Assembly (NCBI GenBank): GCA_964016885.1
Contig: OZ024741.1
Span: forward strand, 294,624,001-294,688,000
Source: Eledone cirrhosa
Taxonomy: Eukaryota
Direction of reading: 5' to 3'
DNA length: 64,000 bases
Part shown: positions 53,301 to 64,000 of the stretch, one piece after another
How positions within the stretch are numbered: position 1 is the stretch's first letter
Layout of the letters: every line of letters starts with the position of its first letter
Position numbers and translations under genes: made by a program
The notes under the pieces: model-generated
What the model was told of the DNA's origin: nothing
Database searches by the model: none
What the model saw: the letters and a program-made list of their open reading frames with translations, nothing else

Positions 53301-53481
53301 AACCTCCCAGACCCACACTGTAAATGTGGTTGGTGTTAGGAAGGGCATCCAACTGTAGAAAACCTGCCAGACAGTCCTATGCGAGCAAGACAATCACTCT
53401 TGCCTCAAGTGGGACTACCCCCGTCCAAACCCATGCAAGCGTGGAACACGGACGTTAAACGTTGATGATGATGATGATGAT
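50360..53481 (+). mobile_element. 5'-truncated young RTE LINE with (GAT)n tail
   Basis: Near identical to the reverse complement of 25104-27580; tail gatgatgatgatgatga; inserted in the tacatc(ta)n satellite. Confidence 0.95.
50423..53085 (+). pseudogene. RTE ORF: partial APE, complete RT, PHD finger, C-terminal domain; 1-bp deletion at ~52373
   Basis: NYRGIKLI, QFGF, FVDLEKAFDRV, GVHQGSVLSP, LLYADDL, FRYLG; cataaaaatgt here vs cataaaagatgt in the sister copy. Confidence 0.95.
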
Positions 53482-53550
53482 ACATCTATATAATATATAC
53501 ATTATCATAGTCATTTCAATGGCTGCTTTCTCTGTATGTATGTATGTATG

Positions 53551-53582
<32 letters not shown>

Positions 53583-56500
53583 AACACACATATATATATA
53601 GTTGCTGTGTTGTTTATCTGTAAGTGTTGCGTAATGACTTCATTGTTAAGCTGGTAAGAGCACACCACATCTGTTTTATCTATCCAGCTTGAAGCCAGCA
53701 ATCAATTGTAACAGAGTTACTGTGTATGAAATAAACATCAAGACAGAAGTTACATAATCTTATTTATAAATTTTACATATTTCTGTGACACCAGCATGGA
53801 GCTGTTTTTGCAATTGTTACAACAGCATCCTGCACCAGTGTGACATCATTGGATGTAACGCATGTTGGTTTGTTGCAATGTTGGTTAACACGAACATGTT
53901 TATATATATATATATATATCATCATCATCGTTTTACGTCCGTTCTTCCACGCTAGCATGGGTTAGACGAGTTGTCCTGTTGTGGGCAGTGTCCAGTCGGC
54001 TGACGTTGTCTTGCTAATACAGGAACTGATTATGGCTTGATTTCTACAGCTGGATGCCCTTCCTACACCAACCTCATTTAAAGTGAGTGCTGGGTGCTTT
54101 ATTCCGTGGTGCCTACACGTATATGTTTATATATATATATAGCTATAGCTAGTTCCAGACTCCTGTATGGTACTAACTGTTGAAATGGCAAGAGCTCAGC
54201 CATTGTGTCCCAACTCTTTTTAATATAGCCCCACTCTACCACCCCAAGTATCAACTACTCTGTTGAGGAATGTCTAAACAGTTTCCATCCTCATTTATAT
54301 ATATACATATATATATATAATAATATTCTTCAGAGAAATACAAACACACATGCATATATATGCGTGTGTGTGTCTGTGTGTTTGTATTTCTCTGAAGAAT
54401 ATTTCTAAAATACTCATTGAAACCAGTTTTCAAGGGCTATTTATAGCTTTTTTGTTTGTGCTTTTATAACTTCATTTTCTATTTGAAGCTTTACATTCTC
54501 CGACTTTCATCATATATATATATTTATATATATATATGTATTTCCCTAGCAAAGTTATATTTTCTAGAATATTCCTAATGGGATAACTATTTAAGAAGAA
54601 TAGATGAATAAAGATTAAATTACAAAAGAATTAGAAATAAAATAGAAATAGATCTGTTATGTTGCTGTCCAGTTTAATTTCATGTTACATCCAAACAGCA
54701 TTGCATATCATTCATAATATGGAGAATATTTATACAAGGTCTTGTTAAAGGAAATCAGAATAAAAATAACTGGAATATTAAGTTGTAGAAAAATAACAAA
54801 GCATAATATAGAAAATAACTGGGAATAAATTGCAATAAAAAGATGTAAATGTTTTGTTTTTTTTTGTTTTGTTTTGTTTTTTGTTTTTGTTTTTCTATGT
54901 TTATCCTTTTCCAAATGTAATCTCAATGAACAGAATATGTTTCAACTGATGTTGCATTACTTGTCTCCCTGAGGATACACAATTTTCCTTATAAAATATA
55001 AAGGAAATTTTCTATATTATCAATGTTAACATAGCTGGTAATATTTCCTTCCTCTTCTGAGAATTTCTATTCAGCTGAAATAATCCAGGACTTTGTTAGA
55101 ATTACTCTCTGTGAGGGGTGACTGTTACAATCTAATAGCCATATTAATTGTTTCCATGTTTAGAGTTTCTTTTCTTATTTTCGCTTTCTGATGCAGGATC
55201 AATTGTTAAATATATGCTACATACAGAATTATATATAAAGTCTGGCAGATACATGATAAATGCATTTAAGGAAAGAAAGTACGTTTTTTTTTAAGTTCTT
55301 AAATTAGTTGCTATAATCATGAAAATATTGTCCTGCTGAGAATAATGTTTACTGGAATGAAACAATGGAATTTAAAACAACTTTAAGCTATGGAATATTC
55401 TATTTTAAACTACAATTTCATTGGATGAGATTTTTATAACCCAGGAGAAATATCTTTTAATAATTGCTGTTTTTTTTTTAATTCTTGACAGGGTAATCTC
55501 TATACTTCCATAAAATACGTACTTAAACTTTACCATGAAAATTATAATATTTATAAAAGGCCATAATTATATATACGTAGGTACAACTATAGATGGAATA
55601 TGTCTGATAAAAAGAGAGGAGCAATACACAGTTCTACAAATCAGCAAATATCAAATATCTGGCTAATCATCTAATAAACAATCTATTCATGGCCATCCTG
55701 ATTTTATTCTATAATACATGGTCCTCGTTTGGCTACTACAGCCTGAAAGCAAATAATTATGCCACTACTGTCTTAGCTTTAATGTTTTTCTTGTCTCTAT
55801 CACTTCACTTTACTTTTGTTGCCAGTGGCAGTGATGTTTGCATTTGCCCAACATTAACAGAAGTCCCATGGTTCAGGTTAGGCATAAAATGATACATACT
55901 TTACTTTAAAAAAAGTAAAAATAAAAACAAATGACGGTTGGTGACTTGAAGGGTGTCAAGCTGTAGCAGTCTGCCTGAAAATGTCTTGTTCAACCCATGC
56001 CAGTTTTAAAAAGAAGTGATGATGATTATCATGACCATAATACAGTGGACCATATTCAGCCATTTCTTTGGTTATTGTAGAATCTATATTTTGTGTCATC
56101 TTGTTATAACTAATTCCAATCACTTCATAAAGTCACATTCGTCGATAAATCTCAATTCCACTGTGCTTAATCTAATTGAGATGTTAGTATTTCAGGAAGA
56201 GCGTCTGGCAGTATTGTTGTGACCCAGCTTTCTTAATTATCACATCATATTAACATATCTGGCCAAATATCATTGTATTGCCAATAACTGAAGTTTGTAA
56301 TCCAAACACTCTTGTATTTAGATTTCTTGAAAGTATGGTGTCAATCTTTTGTTTCTTTCAATTTGTGTCTGGGTTATTAAATTTGTTTCAAACTAGTTAA
56401 TTATTTATTTGAAATTGAAATTCATTATCTTTTCCTTTAGATTGGTACAATGGATGTGCAGAGTATCCATCATAGTATCTATTGTATATTTATGTAGGTA

Positions 56501-57203
56501 ACTCAATCATAATATTCTCTGTTAAGTTTTAAGGGTTTTTTCCCCACCATTGCATGTTTATTTTTACTTAGCTTTTGCATAATTCATTTTTGTATAAACT
56601 TACATAAAAATAATAGAGCAGTATCTAAGGAAAATAGAATACACAATTAAAAGGAACAAAAACGGAAATGAAAAGAAGAAAAAGGAAAAAGCATCAAGCG
56701 ATGAAAGAAAGGGAGAGAGTGGGGGACAGCCACTACATCCCACTCTGAATAGTACTTCAGTCGTTCTCTGCAGGCAAAATTACAAAGGCATTGTCACAGA
56801 GAGTGGCCGGAGACACCTGCTGCAATAGCCACCCTACATCATGGGGGTTCCCTCCTGAATGGGCTGCCATCTTTCCGATTTTATGGAGCTATGTCTGGTT
56901 CTTTACAACACTAATAATAAAATCTTTGAAAATCTAAGTCCATAGGTGCAGAGTTGATTATGTGGTTCAGAGGTTTGATTTGAAAATGTATAATCCAGTG
57001 TCAGTGTGTGCCATTTTGCATGAGTGTGTTTTAAAATAGACTCTGATTAAGTAATGTTTGTGAATGAATTTCATAGAGTAAATGGAAACTTATGCAACCC
57101 ATTATGTATATCTCTGTGTGTCTGCCAGTCACTGTAAACATATGCTTACTGTTTAATTAATATAAGCCAGCAATGACATTTATGTTCGCCATAACCAATA
57201 TGC

Positions 57204-57440
57204 GAAGGCGCATAGCTGAGTAGTTAGAAAATTGGATTTGCAATTATGAGGTTGTAAGTTTGATTCCCAGACTGGTCGATGCATTATATCCTTGAGCAAA
57301 ACACTTTATTTCATATTGTTCCTTCTGTCAGGAGTTGCGACCAGTAGAGAGTATCAGCAATGGAAAGATCAATAAAAACATTGTTTCCTTTGTCAGACTT
57401 TGAACCACCCCACTCAGTAAGGTCTGGGATCTTGTCAATT
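57204..57440 (+). mobile_element. tRNA-derived SINE (family A variant)
   Basis: gaaggcgcatagctgagtagttaga...gtttgattccc; homologous to 40224-40500. Confidence 0.75.
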
Positions 57441-58019
57441 GATTCCTTTTATAACCAATATATCCCATAAGTTTCAAAGAATGTCAACAATATATACTGT
57501 ACTTAAAGTATGGGGTGGTATCAGGAAGAGGATCTGGCTTAAAAAAATCTGGTCCAACTTGTGTTAGGCTGGAAAAAACCAACGTAAAAGTGATAATGCT
57601 GATCAGGTTTCAAGTCTCAAATTTAGTTATTTTACATTTATTACTAATGTGATTGAGAAACACTCATTTTGTATTCCAATTTAATCTCAGGTTTTGTACC
57701 TATGTAAGAGATCTATTTTTTTAACCTAGCACCAAGGTGAAATTTGACATGTAGATAATTTGGTCTTTGTGTGAAACTATTTATTGAGTGCGAAATTTCC
57801 GTTCAACCAGCTTGATTTTATATCTGAGAGTGCAACAGTAGATAATTCCATTAATTCATTAAAACTTTGAACAATTTCTTTACACTTTTTATGATCTGTC
57901 ATTTGTTGCTATTGAGAAAATTATATTTAACTTGAAATGTAAGAAAATATAATAAACTGAAACCAAAAAATAGTAACTATGAAAACAAAATTGGTTTTGG
58001 TTGATTATTTTATTAAATA

Positions 58020-58464
58020 CTAGCAGTGGTACCCGGCGTTGCACGGGATAAGGTATTTTGGAACGCGGGCTGCCAAAAGACTTAATCGTGGAAAAACTGC
58101 ATGCCTGGACAATATGTAAAGAAAATAAACCGAATACTCTGATGGCTGGATAATCTTTAAGATTTTCCTCGATGAAGCAGGAAAAATGTAGGTTTTCACC
58201 TAGTGCGAGCCAATAGGGATCTAGAAAATGAATTTTTTTTATGTGCATAATATGCTTTGAAATTTCGGGAAAATCGGCTAGACGTAACGCCACCAAAAAG
58301 CCCTAAAAAGCTTTTAAAATGCAGTTTTTCACCTAATGTGGGCCCTAGGAGATCAAAATGTTGAATTTTTTTATGTGCATAACACTCCCTAAAACATAAT
58401 ACATATGTAAAGTTTGAAAAACATCGGTTGGGTACTTCTCGAGGTTTAGGGATTCAAACTCACA

Positions 58465-58511
<47 letters not shown>

Positions 58512-58797
58512 CCTCAGGGAAGTGACGTAATGCAGACAGCTATTATAAGGGCACAACGTTATATGTATGTATCTATGTAAAAATAGAAAGACTAAGAATT
58601 ATAGAGAGAGATCGCTAAATCGCTTAATGCGGCCCCTAGGGCATTGAAAATTTGAAATTCTTTTTGCTCAAAACACTCCCTAAAACATAAGTATTACATG
58701 TTTAAAGTTTGAAAACAGTCGGTTGGGTGGTTCTCTAGTTTTAGGGATTCAAACTCACCCACACACAGACAGACATCCTCAGTTTTATATATATAGA
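58020..58797 (-). mobile_element. Non-autonomous Helitron with internal duplication
   Basis: Minus strand A|TCtatatata...cccgtgcaacgccggg hairpin...CTAG|T; aacactccctaaaacataa...ttagggattcaaactcac is repeated. Confidence 0.8.
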
Positions 58798-59122
58798 TCA
58801 TCATCATCATCGTTTAACGTCCATTTTCCACGCTAGCATGGGTCTGGAAAGATATGTTTAAGTTTACTGAGTGATAAAGTTATGGAATGCAACCTTTGCA
58901 GTCGTGTGTTCAAATCTCACTGCAGGTCTTTTTTTATTGTATCATAGCAGAACACTTTATTTTACATACTTGATTTTTTTTTAGATGGAAGTAATTATAG
59001 TAGGCCTCCTGGAAATGTTGACTCTGATTAATAGACATTTTTTTTCTCAGGTAACACTGTTATATCTTCTGTTAGATGCTATGAAACTAGATCCAAACAA
59101 CAACTTTATCAATTACTGACAT

Positions 59123-59400
59123 GGAGGCACATGGCCTAGTGGTATGGGTGACCTAGTGATAACGGTGTTGGACTTACAGTCATACTGTTGTGGGTTTGAG
59201 TCCTGGACTGGGTTGTACTTTATGATCTTGAGCAAAACACTCTGTTTCATGTTGATCCAGTATACACAGTTGAAAATGAGTACCAGAAGTAGCTGGGGAT
59301 TTAACCCTGTGATGGACTGGCAACCAGTCCAGGGTGGGAGTCTGGTACTGCCAGGATATGCACTGGCCTGAATAGCCTCCTGGCTCTAAATAGACTTTAA
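59123..59400 (+). mobile_element. tRNA-derived SINE (family A)
   Basis: ggaggcacatggcctagtgg head; same body and tail as 1066-1335. Confidence 0.75.
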
Positions 59401-59681
59401 GAGCCATAAATAGTTCATAGCAGTAATAGCAGAAGTTATAATAGAGATGGAGCTAGATGGAAGCCATTATTTGTAAAGCATTGGTCATTGAAGCTTTTTT
59501 TCTGGTATGGTGGCTGGGTGTTGCTTTTGTGTTCATGGTTAATGCTTTCAAACTACTGGCTTAGTATTCCAATCTTGACAGTCTTTGACCATATCTTTAA
59601 TACAGTAAAAAAAAAAACTATATCACAAAAGCTTGTTATTCCTTTCTGAACAGATGCATTTACACCTATATTATTGCTCAC

Positions 59682-59872
59682 CAGGGGTCTCTGAGAGAAA
59701 TTTTGCAAATCAGAGCCAGATTGATTTCAGGCCCTGGGGATGCAGAGGACCTAAAATCAAAATTCAAGTGAGCTGAGAGTTTTTTTTTTTGGTGAGGCAA
59801 GGGGTATGAGACAGCATTAGATATTCACAAACTTCTCGATGTACTCACTGAATCCCCCTCTTAAAGACCCTG
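59682..59872. mobile_element. hAT-like MITE
   Basis: Termini caggggtct / agaccctg with 8-bp TSD ttgctcac / ctgctcac (7/8 match). Confidence 0.6.
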
Positions 59873-60404
59873 CTGCTCACACATCTAGAGCAGAACAACT
59901 GCAACATATAAACATTTTAGGCTGCACCTAAAAGAACCCAAATAAACTAAAACTACTAGCACATTGTTGATATACTATATCTACCTTCTGCCAGGCCTGC
60001 TGGTTACTATAATAGATTTTACTCAATTGAACTAGAAAGCTATGTGTAGCTTGTCATCTTACTCTTAGGTTTCCTACTAGATCTCACCACATTAAATATT
60101 TTACCTAAACACTTTACCCACTAGAACTGAAACCTCTTCAAACCTGCTCCTACCACATTTGTCCTACAGGTATCAACCTAAATAAAATCCAAACTAAATA
60201 TCTGCTACATTTACTTACCTCACCAGTCTAGGAGAGCTTATTCAGCAGTTTTATCTGAACATATTATAGAATGAATCTATTACTATTCAACCAATTTGAT
60301 GTAGCTAATTGTCACACTTGGTGATGAATTGACGGTTGCTTTTGTTTGTTTTTGTTTTCTCTCGCTTTGATCATATATTTTTGTGCATTATATTTGTGAG
60401 TGGA

Positions 60405-60578
60405 TTGGTAGAGGGTTGGACACCATGCTTTGCAGCAAAGAGTTACAGCCCTTTATGGTCTGAGTTCAAATCCCGCCGAGGTTAACTTTGCCTTTCATCC
60501 TTATGGGGTCGATAAAATAAAGTACCAGTAATACACTGGAATAATTGCAGGCCCTGTGCCAAAAGTAGAAACAATTAT
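60405..60578 (+). mobile_element. SINE-like repeat (family B)
   Basis: Matches 18988-19165. Confidence 0.75.
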
Positions 60579-60707
60579 ATTTGTGAGGTTTCTAGTAATA
60601 ATTTATTGCATTTATTGTGTTTATATTTTCCTTCTGTAGGAATTATAGACAATTTGTAATGTTATTAAATTTATGATATATATATATATATATATATATA
60701 ATAGTAA

Positions 60708-61222
60708 TCTTAACTATAATAAAGGAAGGTCTGAGGGATTGCGTCCAGAATATATTTTTTTACCCCATTTGTAAAATAAGTTGGATTACTTTGAATAAAT
60801 ATTGAATGAATATTACATAATTTATGTGCTAAATTTCGTGGCTGTTGATTAAATATATTTTATAGCTTATTTAAAGATCTTTAAAATTCAATTCTTTAAA
60901 ATTATCAAATGTCAACACTTTCGGTTAGCATCCGTTATATACTAACACTTATAATCACATATATTTCCGTCGCTAATTTTCTCCTAATGCAGTTTATATA
61001 TAATGTCGTCTTTTTTTTAATATATCATGGATTACTGATTACAGAACACAGGCTTTGTTCAATTTCTGTATATATTGTCAATTACGATTTTATTTGATGT
61101 ATCATATTTACATGCATTTATTTTATGCATCATATTTACAAGCATATATATTTATGTATAATATCAATATACACAGTACACATGCTAGCAGAAAACCACC
61201 CATAAGGTGGTTTTTCTGCTAG
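60708..61222 (+). mobile_element. Non-autonomous Helitron
   Basis: A|TCttaactataataaa start; terminal hairpin agcagaaaaccacc-cataa-ggtggtttttctgct ending CTAG|T. Confidence 0.65.
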
Positions 61223-61647
61223 TAATAATAATAATAATAAATGAAAAATACTGTCATAGAGAAACAGTAAATTGCAAAAAAAAATATCATATAAAATATA
61301 TAACTAACAAATAGAATCTCTTACCACTGGTGTTAGTTTAAATTTAGTAATCTATAAACTATTGCTTTTGTTCACTGTTTTCCTTCTGTTTTTATTCATG
61401 TATAGGAAACTATAGTCTTTGTCTAGTTCTGATATTATTTGTATTGAGTGAGAAAGGCTAAAGGAATATACTTTTAGATTTAAAATTTCATCATGAGAGC
61501 TTAATTGAATAAAATGTTTGCATTTGTGTTGGTTTCCTGCCATCAACATTTTATTTATTCCTTTATTGTTAAGTTTCATTTTATCACTTTTTTGTTGTTG
61601 GTATTAAATGATTTATACACTATTAATGTAGATGAAGACTATTTTGC

Positions 61648-61687
<40 letters not shown>

Positions 61688-61690
<3 letters not shown>

Positions 61691-62080
61691 TCATCATCAT
61701 CACCGTTTTACGTCCGTTCTTCCACGCTAGCATGGGTTAGATGGGTTGTCCTGTTGTGGGCAGTGTCTGGTTGGCTGACCTTGTCTTGCTCATACGGGAA
61801 CTGATTCTGGCTTGATTTCTACAGCTGGATGCCCTTCCTAACACCAACCTCATTTACAGTGAGTGCTGGGTGCTTTTTTTCCGTGGCACCTACACGTCCA
61901 CTTTACAGTGTGGGCTGGGTGCTTTTTTGCCGTGGCACCTCCACGACCACTTTGCAGTAGGAGGGTGTGGGGCATATTGTCTATATGCTTCAGCTTCAGC
62001 TTGTACCCATGGGGGGTTGGGTCTTCTGTATTACTGCATGACGCCAGAGGTCACGGTCGTGTGTCATCGTCTTTGAGAAG
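61688..62080 (-). mobile_element. Non-autonomous RTE-tailed repeat
   Basis: Homologous to 46469-46790; (CAT)n abuts (TA)n. Confidence 0.8.
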
Positions 62081-62109
62081 TGATATATATATATATACAC
62101 ACACACAGA

Positions 62110-62990
62110 CACATACATGATCTGAATTCTGGTGTATCAGTATCTTCATTAACTACTACAAGGGCAAAGAAGATGCTCTATAAAATAACAACTGTAGAGA
62201 TATCAAACTGATGGGCCAGTTAAGAAAGTAGCAGAAAGTGTTATAGAACAATTGATGAGGAAAATATTTAGATTAGATGAGATGCAGTTGAATTTGTGTT
62301 GGGATGGGTACCACCAATGCTAGCTTTCTTGTGAAATAACTACAAGCGAAATTCTTAGTTAGAGTAAGTAACTATAGCTGATATTTATTGATTTGGAGAA
62401 GGCGTTTGTCAGGGTACTGTGAATGGTAGTTTGATGGTGTTTAAGACAACTAAATGTATATGAGAGCTGTGTGAAACAAGTACTAAGATACAATTACTAA
62501 GGTGAGTGTTGACAATGAATTCAGCAAATAATTTAGTGTACTGGTAAGAGTCCAACAAAGCCCATTTCCTGTTACAGTTTTCTAAGTCCAAACTGAAACA
62601 TGTAAGACCTCATGACCTAGTTTATATAGCTGAAACTGTAAAAAATTTAGAGAAGAAATTCCAAACCTTGAAGCAAAGTTTAGAGTTCTCAAATAAATCT
62701 AGCAAAGACAAAAATTTTAGGAAGAAAGAAAGAAAATCTTACTCCCATCTGTGAAATGGTCATGTCAACTATGAAAAAAGGGAGAGCATAGGAATTCTAT
62801 TCCGTGTACTCAGTGTAAAGTGTTTGCACAAGAAGTGTAATCTGATAACAGAAATGTATGACTATATATATATGGCAGATGCACAGCAGAATTCAAAGTA
62901 AGGTCACCCATGAAATATATTCTTTCAAATGCTTGGAGGGCTAGTTAATAGTTTCTGCTCTAAGGTAACCTAATTATGAGTAGAGGGTAT
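62110..62990 (+). pseudogene. Old degenerate RTE RT plus PHD fragment
   Basis: attaactactacaagggcaaagaagatgct = INYYKGKEDA; gatttggagaaggcgttt = DLEKAF; aaatggtcatgt...aggaattctatt..tgtactcagtgtaaa = PHD remnant. Confidence 0.8.
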
Positions 62991-64000
62991 ATGCTGGACC
63001 ATCACATTTTTTCTCCTCTATTTGCCTCTATGGTCAAATATCTTCCTGATATCAACTCTTGTTTTTAAAGCAGAAATCTTTGCATGTTTAACCCCTGAGC
63101 AGATGGATCTACATTTACTCAGAACATAAAAAGATATCACTGAGTGCAAAGAAAAGAAACAAACAAACCTACACCTAGATACATGTGTGTGTGTGTTTAT
63201 GTGTGTGTGTGTGTGTGCTTGCACACACACACATACACACACTTTTTATATGGGTATGTGAGAAACTAAATATTTACCATAATGCAATTTCTATTTGTAG
63301 CTGTACATTTTTATTTTAAAGGAAATAAACTAATTTCATGTTTGTCTTATTCAGTCTGTGTTAATATTTGAAAATGTTGAATCATATATATACTTAAAAT
63401 ATCAAATTAATATAATTATACTATTCTCCAAAGAAATGCTTCTTTTATTTTTTGAAAATCAACTATTCTTATTTAATGGCAAATACTAATGATTTTTCTT
63501 TGTATTGCTTAAAGTACATGAATATTAAGACAAAATTAATAGAAACAAAATATACTTGTTTAGGTGTAACTTCCAACATTGTCTAGAAAATAGTTTTTAC
63601 ATAGATAATTCTTATAATTATGGTACGCATAACCATAATCACCATTCAATATTTATGATCTAAAAAATTTAAGATGTTATAGGCAATTATTATATTTAGT
63701 TTCTACGAAAGACTCAGACATATTAAAATTTCATATACAAAATAGATGATGCACATTTACTTGGAATCTGTTACAAAAATACCTCTTTCTAGAACGTATA
63801 TTGAGTTTGCAATGAAAATATAGTTTTGCCTGTAAACTTGATTTGTTTTAATGAAATATCATTCAAGATTTTTTTCGGCATTTCCAGTTCATCACCTTCA
63901 GTATTCACGCACTCATATTTTAGTCTAATTTTATCTAAAATGGATAGAATCTTAAAAAATATATTAGGAAAAAAATTATTTTATTTTTCATTTCAGCTTT

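Overview
AT-rich, repeat-dominated eukaryotic DNA. The repeat content (huge (TA)n arrays, tRNA-derived SINEs, RTE LINEs with (GAT)n tails, Penelope-like elements) suggests an octopus or other cephalopod, which is an inference. No host protein-coding gene can be called with confidence. Real coding remnants are: two near-identical young RTE LINEs in opposite orientation (25.1-28.9 kb minus; 50.4-53.5 kb plus) whose ORF carries a PHD-type C4HC3 finger inside the RT region; several older RTE fragments; a nearly full-length Naiad-like Penelope element (33.8-37.3 kb, RT plus GIY-YIG); and a second PLE GIY-YIG fragment. The main hidden signal is about 12 type I hammerhead ribozyme motifs of about six sequence types, read by eye on both strands. 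Most have self-complementary minimal helix III and long helix II. They occur as back-to-back inverted pairs, as solo elements in (TA)n, and as a 559-bp tandem retrozyme-like repeat. Non-autonomous Helitrons, MITEs and SINEs fill much of the rest. All Tyr-Ile/Val-Cys repeat ORFs are microsatellite artefacts. Coordinates and pairings were read manually and no searches were run.
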